Positions 35,929 to 47,786 of a DNA stretch of 64,000 nt are shown one piece after another. How positions within the stretch are numbered: position 1 is the stretch's first letter; every line of letters starts with the position of its first letter. Under the pieces are notes generated by a model. It had not been told where the DNA came from and did not search any database. It worked only from the letters and a program-made list of their open reading frames with translations. A program made the translations under genes and the position numbers. Origin of the DNA: Gekko japonicus (Eukaryota); contig NW_015170904.1 in assembly GCF_001447785.1 (NCBI RefSeq), forward strand, positions 242,877 to 306,876, written 5' to 3'.

Positions 35929-38900
35929 CCTGTAGAAAACCAAGCTTTGCTTGAATTTGTGATTTCATAGCTTGACACATTCTCTCCTTTTGGCATGTTG
36001 TATTGACAAGATACATGAAATGTCTCAGAAGTTTACACACTGCAATGTGTACTTAGTGCTGATATTTTAGTAGACACATCACTTTGTGTACTTATAATTC
36101 TGTTGTGTGATTCTGATGAAAGCTGGAATTGTGAAATACCCAGAAATAAAAATTATTGTATGTGTAATGAGATAGAATTGGCAGTTATTGTGTGTTTTTA
36201 AGGAGTCAAGAGTGTAAATTGAATAGTATTTTAGTATCAAACACAGTTACTAACACCCTAACCAGTATCTTCTGTTACTGGGAAGCTTGAAATCTCTACT
36301 TCTCAGGAATGTATTTTGTTCTCTCAGAGCTGGCCAAAAAGAGGTCTGAATTGGAGTGGATGTTTTGCAGGGTTCAGGCTTGTTGGCAGAGGCTCCTTTG
36401 AGCAAAATATGTAAACACCCTATATACAAAGAGAACTGGGATCTAGCTAGTAGGATATTTTCCTGTCACAAACCCTTAGCAGCTTATTTTTCAATTAGAA
36501 CATAACTATCATTCCTCTTAAAATGGACTCTGCTTATTCTCTCACGCTTGTGGTGTTTATAGTGTATCTTGAATTGGTTGTACAAATGCTCTATCTTTCC
36601 TTGTTCTGGAGAGGTAAGGCCATGGAAGAGGCTAACCTTCTCCTGTTATTCCTGTCACAGTATGGAGCGTACTGAATGCTCTTTTAAATGTGGTTTTAAG
36701 AAGCATTTAAGAACTGCTATAAGCTGATGTTTTTCCACTACATTATCTAATTAGGTTTCCATTGAAGGAAATTCAGCTCCTGTAGTTCAAGATAATATGC
36801 AGAACCTCAGAAGACATTTAGAGGTGGTTGCAAGCAGAACTCTCTCATGTGACTGTACCACTTCAGCGTGCATATGGGGGGGATTTAGTTTTTTGAAATT
36901 TTCCTCTGGTCAAAATTTCCTTCACTGTGGAAACATTACTTTTCAAATCGAAGGTTAGGCTATAAGTCTTTTACCTTGAGCTATCAGGGTGAAGAGAGAT
37001 TATGGCCTGGGTGTGCTTTCAGACTAGCAGACTGTCTGCCAACTGCAGTGAATAAAGTTATATCCAAGGACTGTACCACAGGTCTATCTATCTTTGTTTA
37101 ATCATATTTCAAGTGCCTCACCAGAGCAGTAGTATTGTGGTTTGTAAATCTTGGGTGGTACATGGTGTGCTTTCAGGAAGCATGTTAGATTATGAAAATA
37201 AATAGAAGAATGCAGTGATGAATAGTAAACTACTACCAAACATCTCACTGACAGGAAGCAGTGTAAACATAGCCATGCGGCCTTGCTACTTTGCAGTATT
37301 TCCGCTTTCTCTTCACCTCTGTTTGGCTGCATCAACTCAACTAATTAAGCTTTAAATCGAACTTTATGAGCATCCACAACATGAAACCATTTTGCGATTT
37401 GTCAGCAGCAAGCATACATGAATATTGCTCTCCCACACAATAAAGTATCATTTGTGAAAGAAGAGCCATATTATTTTGCATAATGGTCATTTGCCCATTA
37501 TTTTAACCCAGGGGTTTGCAATTTACAGCTCAGTATAGGACCTAATATGGCTCTTTAATACAGATTATTCTGATATTACAGACATGTTTGAAGTGCCATT
37601 CATTTCCATAAAATATATCAGATGAATTGTTGTCATTTTTTCTAGATTTCTATCCTTTACATATATATTATGAATTAATTGCCAGATGCCACATGTGTGG
37701 AATAAACCAAAAAAACTTTTAAGCCACAACTTTTTGCTCAAATTATTCTCGTCATTCACAAAAAACAACACAACCCTGTCCAACCAAGCAGACATACAAA
37801 AAACCCTCTCAGATGAACTAATTTCATATCTAACTTGTTTTTCTTTGCTGTCTTTTTACCCCCGTCTGTTTGTTGTTTTGATAGGAAAAAAGAGGTTTAA
37901 TTCTTTTAGGGATGTAAAATAAATTAAAATACCCTCTGTATGTCATTATTAACATAGCCAATTTACAAAACCCTTTATAAGAAAAATGGCTTTGTAATGG
38001 GGACACTGTCAGGCTTTTAACTACACACTGCTGGGAGCTGCTCTAATAATGTCTAATGCAGTTTTAGGGAAGTGAATCAGTGGCAGAAAGCAGGATCGCT
38101 GCTTGACTGCTCCCTTTCCTGACAGGAAGAAAAGGACAGTGATCAAGCTGAGGTCTTCAAAGGAGGCCCTTAAATCACTGGATAACATGAAGAATGGGAT
38201 GTACACAGTCTGCAGTAGAAAGGCAGGAACAAAGCATTTGAATTGTAGTGAGACAGATAATTCTTGCAGGAACATTTAGATGACTCCGATCTTTTTCCAT
38301 TGCACATTAAACAGTACCAAAGTGCACCAAAGATAATGGAAAATGCTCTGTGCAGTTTTTCTTTTTTTGTAGTTGTTTATGACATGACATTGGTAATGAG
38401 GCACTGTATCTAAAACTCTGCCAAGAAGGGTCCCATACTGCCATTTAGCCATGCACAGACACTTAAAACTGGATTGCCAAAATAATAGTACTATGTACTT
38501 ATTTAGCTTTTCCCCCCTTATAAATGTGGGATGTAACCTCTGTAGAAGGTTCCCCTCATCTTTCAATTTTTTTAAATTCTTTTTTTAAATTTTAGGTGGT
38601 AAAAATAGAGAAGATAATTACATAATGGATCTAGTTCTTTTGGTTTTGGCATAGAAATTCAAATGTCACAGTAACATTTAAGATGATAGGATAGCAAGGG
38701 ATGACTTTATTTCAGTCTCTTAAATGCTGTATTAGTTGTGTGATTTGTTTTTTTGGTGAAATTACAAATAGTGATTTGCCAGGGGTGGCGGCTACTCGGA
38801 GAGAGATCCAAGTTATAAGGGTTATTAATTTCTGTTCCTCAGAATATTGGAAGAAGCTTAGTTTAGGGGGGGGGGAACTGAGAGGGAAAGAAAACATTTA

Positions 38901-39020
38901 CACTCCAAAGAACAGACACGGGATTTAATCAGTTCAGTCTGCATGTTAAAGGGAAAAAAAATATTGGCTGGTGTTGGCATTTAAACTAATGTGACTCCCC
39001 TTCTCCCCTTATTTTGACAG

Positions 39021-39080
39021 GTAACTCTTCCTGAATCATGGCACAGTGACAATCAGTGACAAAAGAGTGAGGCCATTCAG
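39021..39080 (+). other. Candidate 60-nt non-coding (5'-UTR or recursive-splice-type) exon of an unidentified host gene
   Basis: Branch-like ACTAAT (~38985), pyrimidine tract CTCCCCTTCTCCCCTTATTTTGACAG, donor CAG|GTTTGT; stops in all three frames; TGCATG at 38940. Confidence 0.5.
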
Positions 39081-40302
39081 GTTTGTTCTTTTTGTTAAAT
39101 GTTTGCTTTTAAATATGTAGTACAGTGTGAGGCATAGCTTTGGTTAGAAATTGCTGATGTATCACTCGTATGTGATGTCTGTGGGGTAGTTTCATTATCA
39201 CTGTGAGTGTAGCCATAAACTCCCGTCTCAGTATGCTTTTTGGAGATTTTTCCAAAGTTTATGGTTGCTTACTTTATAATCAGGAATCTGATCTAGCTAC
39301 CTATTCCAAAAACATGAGTTAGGGGGGGGGGATAGTGGTAGTGTCTCCATTTATTTATGTCTATGGAGCACAATCATATAATATGCACATTGGTCCTTCC
39401 ACCAAAGTCATTAAATGCATAAATGACCTCCACCCTCGGCATACAGGAACTGCATGCGCTCGTCAGAATGCAAAGTAATAGCATATTGGGAAAATGATAG
39501 TTGTGTGGATCCGCCCATATTCACAAGAGAATATTGACTTGTGCTTCTATGAGACACACCTCACTGTTGGAGGTAAAGTGCCACGTTGACAGCCATCAGG
39601 TCAAAATGGCAAGAGGACTCTTGGAGTTATATACCTCTTTTATCCTTCTGTCTGCACTTTAATCTAATATCAGATTCAATTGATACTATTGATTACGTTC
39701 CCTTCAAACCCGTATTCAGTATATGGTACAGAACACAATGTGTGGTAAAATGTTATTCTTTTTCTATGTGACTTGAGCATAAAAGGTGAAAGTATACAAT
39801 TAATTTGCCAGCACTTTCTTCAAAATTGTATGCTGGATTTCTGTGAAACGCTGTATGGCGCAATATTCCAAGTAAATTATTGTTATTTACTATGATTTTT
39901 TTGCCTGCATATTTAAAGTCAACAATTATGTTTCCCTTTTATACTTAATGGCTTTGTACAGTATTTTTAGAAACCTGGTCAAGTCTTACTTTATTGAGTC
40001 TGAGCACTTGATTTGCACAGAACAGATTTAAAAATACACCATCAGAACTTCAACTACTTTTCTATATCCATTAACACATACACAATGTTTTAAAATTTTG
40101 AGAAGTGCTCTTACGACACAAAAATGGTGTGAGGAAACTAGAGAAAGTCCTTGAATATATTCCATTATTCCTCTTATATTGATACACTGGGATCTGTGAC
40201 ATGAGTTGCTGACATCTTTCTAACTCTGTATTGTCAGGGGTCAGAACAGTACCGACAATGACTGGCATGCTTTGAGAACTCTATGAAAATGATACATAAA
40301 CA

Positions 40303-40511
40303 CAGGGGTCATTTGGGGGGGGGACGCGGGGGACGCCATCCCCCCGGGTGAGGTGCGGGAGGGCGGGGCCTGGAGCTCCCTGCTGGTGCCCGCTGGAGGT
40401 CGCCGCCGGCTGTGGGGAGGACACACTTCCGGTGATGTCAGGGGGTGTGGCATATGCTAATGAGTTATGCTAATGAGTCCCCCTAGCTCTTTTTCTACGA
40501 AATGACCCCTG
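40303..40511. mobile_element. Young hAT-type MITE (same family as 1-520)
   Basis: Perfect 12-bp TIR CAGGGGTCATTT / AAATGACCCCTG; perfect 8-bp TSD CATAAACA (40295-40302, 40512-40519); CpG-rich. Confidence 0.95.
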
Positions 40512-40679
40512 CATAAACATTACTATTTTTGTAATATACATTTTAAGGGCTGCTGTGGGTAGTTGTGTCAAGAGTGAATGGGGTTCGGTGACCACTATGT
40601 AGTGGATATTCAAGACTTTGCAAATGGCAACAGCACAGTGGGCTTTATGAATGGTGCAAATGTCAACAAAGAAACATAC

Positions 40680-41960
40680 CTTTGACACAGAAGATATCAG
40701 TAATTATCAATCAAGCTCATATGTTCTGTTCTTGAGCAAGGTGATTGAACAGGTGCTGGCTGGGCAACTCCAAGCCTTCCTTGATGAGGCAAATTATTTC
40801 AATCCCTTCCAGTCTGGTTTCAGGACTTGTTGTAAGACTGAAACAACCTTGGTAGCCCTGGTGGATGACTTGGGTCAGGAAACGGACAGAGGGAGTATGA
40901 CTCTGTTGATTCTCCTGAACTTCTCTGCAGTTTTTGATACCATCAATCATGGCATTCTTCTGGATTGTCTATCTTGACTGGGATTGGGAGGCACCACTGT
41001 GTGGTGACTCCAGTCCTACCTAGAGGGTAGGTTTCAGAAGCCTGGTGTTGGTGGTCTACTGTTCAGCCCCATGACCTTTGGCTTTGTCCCTATGCTTTTT
41101 GACATCTACATGAAACTGCTGGGTAAGGTCATCTGGAGATTTGGGCTGGGATGTCAGCAATATGCTGGTGACACTCAGCTCTATCTTGCACTTCCAGCTG
41201 ATTCTGTGGAGTGAAGCCCCGCCCCCAAGCCTGAACACCTGTAGCCATCCTTCTCCCTTGTCTCTTGAGAGAGGGGAGGGAGATCGGGCGCGTGGGGCCC
41301 TCCAGCTGTGAGCACTTAAAGGGACTCCGAACACCCAGCAACTGCTCTTCCTAAGTGGGGGGCGTTGGCTGCATGGCAGGAGTGCTTGGCCCTTGCTCCT
41401 CCCCACCATTTAAAGGGAAGTTTCCCTTTAATTGGTAGGGGAAAAGCGGGGATGTGATGACATCATGCAGAGTGACGTCATCACGCTAGGGTGGCCCCCC
41501 CCCGGAATGCTCCCTAATCCCCCTGCCGGGGAGAAGATCAGACCTGGCAACCCTGCGTAGGGACCATATCATTCCAGTCTTGACCCACCTATACTGGCTT
41601 CCAATTTGGTTTTGGTCACCATTCTTGACTTTCAAAGACCTATATGGTTTGGGATTGACATACTTGAAGGACTGCCTAATCCTTTATGAACTTGCCCGAC
41701 TGTTATGCTCGTCTTTGGAGGCCATGCTTCAGGTGCACCTGCCTTCTGAGATTAGGTGGGAGGCAACCTGGGAGAGGGCTTTCTTGGTCATGGTAGCAAA
41801 GCTCTGGAACTCTGGCCTCAGGGAGATTCATCTGTCCCTTTCTGTTGCCATCTTCTGCCAGTGGGTAAAGACTTCTTTGTTTTGTTTGGCATTCCCTCAA
41901 TCATCCCTCCTTCCTAACCAATGTATCTATGTATTGCATATATTTTAACTGCTTTATGTG
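40680..41960 (+). mobile_element. Decayed L2-clade LINE ORF2 (RT region and C-terminus) interrupted by a GC-rich insert
   Basis: FLSKVIEQVLAGQL...PFQSGFR...TETTLVALVDDL...LLILLN.SA.FDTINHGILL; QYAGDTQLY (~41158); HLYWLPI...KDLYGLG..YLKD at 41580+. Confidence 0.9.
41195..41554. mobile_element. GC-rich partial GGCAACCCT-terminated MITE inside the L2
   Basis: Right end GACCTGGCAACCCTG; TGATGACATCA / GTGACGTCATCAC motif as in the 4524-4832 family; left TIR missing. Confidence 0.6.
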
Positions 41961-42004
41961 TATTTTAGCTCTGTTTTCTAACTATTTTAAAAGTTGTTTT
42001 AATG

Positions 42005-42190
42005 AGATAGTGGTTAAGAGAGTTAAGACTAGTATTTGGGAGACCTGACTTCGAATCCCCTCTCGTGCCATGGGAGCTCACTGGGTGACCTTCGGCCAGA
42101 CACACTCTCAAAGGGTTGTTGCGAGGATAAAATGGAGGAGAGGAGAACAATGTTAGCTGCTTTGGGTCACCACTGGGAAGAAAGGGTGTG
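42005..42190 (+). mobile_element. Squam3-related tRNA SINE (older subfamily)
   Basis: TAGTGGTTAAGAG...TTCGAATCCC...CTCACTGGGTGACCTT...GGGTTGTTGCGAGGATAAAATGGAGGAG. Confidence 0.7.
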
Positions 42191-42392
42191 TGTGTTGAGG
42201 ATGTTTCCATGACTGATTGGAACTGTACCTTTGGGGTTGGATCCAAACTACATTTTCCACTAACAGGAAGAAAGAGGTAATTTCCATCAATTCCTCTTCC
42301 TGCTGCAGACCACGAATTTCCCTCTCCTTAATAACCCCTGTCTTCCAGGAGCAGCATTTCAAGGAGATCATTGGGCTGCAGTGCGAAGTGAA

Positions 42393-42609
42393 AGAAGAAT
42401 AAGAAGAGTTGGTTTTATACCCTGCCCTCCCCTACCCAAAGGAGTCTCAGAGTGGCTTAAAAGCACCTTCCCAGAGCTACGAGAGCTCTGAGAGAGCTGT
42501 GACTCACCCAAGGTCACCCAGCAGGCTTCATGTGGAGGAGTGGGGAATCAAACCCGGTTCTCCAGATTAGAGTCCCGCTGCTCTTAACGGCTACACCAAA
42601 CTGGCTCTC
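42393..42609 (-). mobile_element. Squam3-like SINE
   Basis: Reverse complement of GAGAGCCAGTTTGGTGTAG...GGTTTGATTCCCCACTCCTCC...GTATAAAACCAACTCTTC. Confidence 0.85.
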
Positions 42610-42702
42610 AGGGCAGGAAGGTTATGTTCCACTGTGAAATGTGCCTTGCAGGAGCAAACAAATTAATTTCGATCCAACCTGTATTCATTTGGTACCTGCG
42701 TT

Positions 42703-42890
42703 CAGTGTTCCCTCTAGTTTTTTTTCTCTACTGAGCCGAGCAGTTCACACTGTGAGCAGAATATAACTGTTGTAATTTTAAAAATGCGCAATGGGCAGGG
42801 CAAGACCCTATATGGCTCCAGATAGCTGCTGAGCAGGGCTTCCTGTGTTAATGAGCAGCCGCTCATATGCACAGGTTACAGGGAATGCTG
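42703..42890. mobile_element. Older hAT-type MITE related to 25996-26196
   Basis: CAGTGTTCCCTCTA ... TTACAGGGAATGCTG; weak TSD CCTGCGTT / CCTTTATT. Confidence 0.55.
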
Positions 42891-44898
42891 CCTTTATTCG
42901 GTAGACACATTCACTCTTGTATTGCTCAAGGTCTCATACTCTCACCAAACTTTATCCATTTTTCTCTTGAGGCTGCAAGCTCTTTCCCAGAACACTGGTG
43001 TTGCTTACCGTGGGATCTTGTCATCAAACCTGCTTCTGCAAACCCTGTCTTCAGCCACTCTTCCTGTTTTTCACTGGTGTTTTAATTGCTGACTTTAGAT
43101 TTCTTCAGTCTTGATATCTGAGCTACTTTTAACATAATGTTCTGTGCTCACCCATAAAAGTCATCTTCATAATTGTTGGAGCTGAATCTGTGAACCCAAG
43201 TGATATATATAAGATCCTTTTCACACATCATTCGTGGAGTCACCGTCCTTTACTCTTACATGGATGGAGTTTGTAGAAGGAGAAAAGAATATTCCTAACA
43301 GCTCTGTCCTCTCCCGTTGTTTTGGAGACTTATCTTCAGCAGTGGCTATTGGATGGATCAGGGAGAGGCTTTTGGTGGGAAGGGAAAGCAAATACACAAA
43401 ATGTCATTAATTTCAGAATTTATTGCGTGTTACCAGAATTACAAGATTCACTTCCAAAATAGATGCAGCCAAATAGATGCAGTTGGCATGCAACGTTTAG
43501 CGTTAGGCACAAATTCAGTACACACCAAGTATTTTTGATAATGAACTTGGACTGTGTCTATGTGGTAATTGAATTTCTGTTTGCTGTTATGAGTTTGACC
43601 TTCATAGAACCACTGATTTGACTTGATTTTGGAGGTGCTGACTTGAATTGCCAGGCCTGCCAGGAATATAATAGTGGTGGCATGCCTATTTGCATATGCT
43701 TGGATAACACATGGCATTTAAAAATTATTGCTAGAAGCATCATTACGGGAAAGGTCTTTTCAGTGGTTCACAGAAGGAACAGTCATGCCTGCGCCAGACA
43801 TCAAAGCTGAAGTTATGTTGAATCAGCATCATTCCATTTGTTTGCATCAGTATTGTTCTTCATTAGACAAAGTATATTTTTTTTCTGCATATAAGTTATC
43901 AGTTGTAAGTTGTATTCATAGTCACTCTGGCTGGTGAAGGCAGCCCAGAAGAAGTTGATCTGATCTGGGATACGCTAACCTGGACAGAGACAACAATGTT
44001 TGTGATCACTACTGCCCTGCATGGAAAACCAAACCTCCTTTCTNNNNNNNNNNNNNNNNNNNNNNNNNNNNNNNNNNNNNNNNNNNNNNNNNNNNNNGTA
44101 GGAATGTTCTTTACTAAGATGTCTTTTATAATATAGTTTGTATTCGTATCTCAGAAAAAATCGCTTCTATAGAAAGTTCAAGAAGTAAATATTATAATCA
44201 GCGAAGCATCATAAATAACTTTTATGTCTAAATCAAGCTATTAAAAGCTTTTTTATTTTTAAGTAGATAGGGGGAATAAAATAGCTGCATAGTTCATAAA
44301 GTGGTGTACTATTACTGCCTGCTGTGCTCATGAATTATGCCAGCTTTTTACACTTGTGAAGTAAAAAGCGGATTAGAACTGTGATCAATGTATTATCCTA
44401 TATTTCTTATTGTTCATTATATTTCCTTTTTGAGAACCTTTGTCGTCTAAATGGCTACTAATGACATAATTACAATTGTTTGTCACCACTGTAATGTGTG
44501 ATTTCCTATCTCCTCGTGAAGATGTAAGTTAGATAAAGGAGGAGTTTTGGCAGGAAGACAAAGTGCAGTGATTTATTAAAGACCAGATGTGGTTGTTAAA
44601 AGCTTTTTTTATACAGAAAAAAACCTTAATTGAATGATGTGAAATAGAAATGAAATATCTGAACACGGCAGTCAGAGGCTCTTGTTGTGGGTGACACAGT
44701 TACTCATAGCAGCATGACAAACTAGCTGGTTGTTTTATTGTGTACAAATGTATGGTAAATTTAAATAGGGTGAGAAAGTGCTACAGAAAAAAATATGATA
44801 CTAACAACAACAATAACAGTACATTCTAGAGATCTGTGAAACACACTATGATCCTAAACAGTTATATTCTTCTAAGCCCATTGACTACAGTGTACTTA

Positions 44899-45220
44899 AA
44901 AGGTAAAGGTTCCCTTGCTCGAAAGCCCGTCGAATCCGACTCTAGGGTTGTGGTGCTCATCTCCATTTCCAAGCCATAGAGCCAGCGCTGTCCGAAGACG
45001 TTTCCGTGGTCATGTGGCTGGCATGACTAAACACCAAGGCGCACGGAACGCTGTTACCTTCTCACCGAAGTGGTATCTATTTATCTACTTGCAATTTCTT
45101 GCTTTCAAACTGCTAGGTTGGCAGGAGCTGGAACTAGAGATGGGAGCTCACTCCATCATGCGGCACCCGGGTCTCGAACTGTTGAACTACTGACCTTCCA
45201 CAGCCTGCAGTTGAGCATCT
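44899..45220 (-). mobile_element. Sauria SINE, 5'-truncated, inserted into a short palindromic MITE (~44842-45258)
   Basis: Highly similar to 26464-26780; TSD TACTTA (44893-44898, 45221-45226); host reads ATCCTAAAC...CTTCTAAGCCCATTGAC|...TTAGAAGG...GATTGCACTG. Confidence 0.9.
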
Positions 45221-45355
45221 TACTTAGAAGGATGTAATTCTGCTTCAGATTGCACTGACAGTCCCTTACAATCAGGAATATTCTGTAGGGAGAAGGATCA
45301 GTATGGGAACGTGGCTACAGTGGTGGTCTCAGGAAAGCCAGGTTTCCATCATGGC

Positions 45356-45552
45356 TAGGGTTTCTAGCTTCCAGGTGGTGGCTGGAGATCTCCTAGGGTT
45401 ACAACTGATTCCCAGGCGACGGAGATCAGTTCACCTGGAGAAAATGGTCACTTTGGAATTATATCCCATTGAACTCCCTCCCCTCCCCAGCCCTCCTCAG
45501 GCTCCACCCTCCAAATATCCAGGCATTTCCCAAACTGGACCTGGCAACCCTA
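45356..45552. mobile_element. Short TAGGGTT...GGCAACCCTA MITE
   Basis: Termini plus internal GATCAGTTCACCTGGAGAAAATGG. Confidence 0.7.
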
Positions 45553-47184
45553 GGACTCATGGCACTGAATAGACAGCTGAATGAACAAGCATAATGGTGT
45601 AATGGAAGAGTGCTGAGGGGTCCGTATGACACAGGTCAATGGACTGAAGTCATCCTCAGCTAGGCAGTTTCTCTTTCTATGGGGAGTACAATGTATAGAA
45701 GGCATTTCTTGTTCAGTTCCTGGCATCTGCAAGCTAAAGAAACTCAGATAGTAGATGTTGGGAGAGATCTTTCTCTTCCTGAACATTAAGGCTGCGATCC
45801 TAACCTGCCATCTTAGGTTTCGTGTCATGTGAGTGGTGCAGAATTTGAATGGTCTGATATTTCATGGTCACTTACAGGCTCCACACAGCTGCACTTTCCC
45901 TTGCTTTTTTAAAAAAGCTGAAGTTGGGACATGGGATTTTTGTCTGGGAGAGATAGGGAAATATGCTGGACCACAGTTCTTATTCCTTTCTGATACTAGC
46001 CCTGTTTTCTCCAGCTCACCAGTAGTGCTTAAATACAAAAGGCAGTACTTTTAATGCCTCCACACCAGTAATTTTAAAGTCATAGATCTGATAATATTCG
46101 TTACAAATTCTCATCTTTTTCATGGGTAGGCGTCTTTCAAAAGAAAGATCTTTCTTCTTTGAAAATAAGTGTTTCTGGGAGCCAGAAGGCCTAGTAGGTA
46201 CAGAGTGGCTAGTTTAAAATTCAAGATTTATTCCACTGGGCAGATGCAAGGAGTTCCATAACAACCAAGACAGAATCACCTTCCTGAATCTACCTTCAAA
46301 ATCCTTTGGGGGGTAGATGATCACTAATTCATTTATCACATATCTTCTTTAGTTTTTAAGCTCGTGCTTCTTTGAATGTGGTGATGTACATTGTGCAGTT
46401 ACCCTGCAGCAATGAACTGATTGAGTATAATTTGTATTCATTGTTAAATTTAGTAACTGCACTGAGATTTGAATTACGCTAATCAACTTTTCTTGTAATT
46501 TGTATAATTTACATACTGTACACACACCGCAAATGCAGGACTCTGATGCAAAACAAAGTTTAATTAGTGTAACAGGGTTACATCTGCTTCCCAAGTGATT
46601 GATTTCTGAATGTGCTTATGCCAGTTGCAAGGGGGAATCTGGGAGTTGAACCATAATGGCTAAGGGCACAGTCTACTGGGAAGTTCTGCACTAGCTTTAT
46701 TGTAACAAATGGGAGCAGCACAAAGCACTCTTCTACTGCAGAACTCCCATTCATTTCATTGGCATTTGAGCAGGATAGTTTCATGAGCATGCTCTAAGAC
46801 TGGACAGGTAACAAAAATATAGTTTGGTTTAAGTTTGAAAAGCATTATGGATTTTAGCCAACTGATAACTTTAATATAATGATTTTAACTTGGTTGTGTT
46901 ATACGGGGTAACATTCAATATAAAGGACAGTCTGACAGTCAGATATATACATTTTTTTAAAAAATGAATTCTGGGCCAATTCTGTTTAAGGTAAAGAGAA
47001 ACATATATCAATAAACTGTTATTAATTAAGCATTAAGACATTTTAGGTATTTAGACACGTATTTTTGTGTCTAGGCAGTGGGACACTTGTTCTGTGAGTT
47101 TTCAAAGGAAAAACTGACTATGGGCAGGCTCTTATTGGCTAAAGCTGTGACAGCGCTAAATATCTTCTTCCCTGGAGATTGATG

Positions 47185-47336
47185 AAGATGGGTAGCTGTG
47201 TTAGTTTGTCTGTAGCAGTAGAAAAGAATAAGAGTCCAGTAGCACCTTATCTGACAAAATGAACAGTGACTCATGAAAGCTCATACCCTACCACATATTT
47301 TGTTAGTCTTTGCTACTAGAATCTTACTCTTTTCTG
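47185..47336. mobile_element. Penelope-like element (PLE) terminal remnant with a decayed hammerhead core
   Basis: GTAGCTGTGTTAGT...AGAGTCCAGTAGCACCTT...CTGACAAAATGAACAGTGACTCATGAAAGCTCATACCCT...TTTTGTTAGTCTTT..GCTACT; inverted arms typical of reptile PLE remnants. Confidence 0.75.
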
Positions 47337-47786
47337 TCTTCTTCCTATTTCTCATAGCCAGTTTGCAGTGATCTTGAATATGAGGTGAAGGTAAAATTGC
47401 GAGTTCATCTAGTGTTCAGCTTGTTTATGCATGTATGTCTAAGGCATGGTTCCCTCTTGTAAGCATCTGGGCCTGAACACTCCAGGATTCCCCTCTGCGA
47501 GGTCCCTTAGCCTCACAAATGAGAGAAGAGGGGGATTAAATTTAATCCTGGTTCCTCCTTCTCTCCCCATGTGCCTCTGCATAGCCTCCTAAAGAGAGCC
47601 CCAGCCTGTCTTCCTTGACCTTGTGCTGAACCTTCTTTTAATGGAATCATTGGAGCCCCACCCACCCAGGAAGTGAAATATCCGGTGGGGGAGGATGACC
47701 AAGTTCCTGGCTGGGGAGTTCCTCTGGTTGTTTTCTAGACCTGCTGGCCATCTGCTGAGTAACTCAGCTGTTATAAATGGCTCCTT

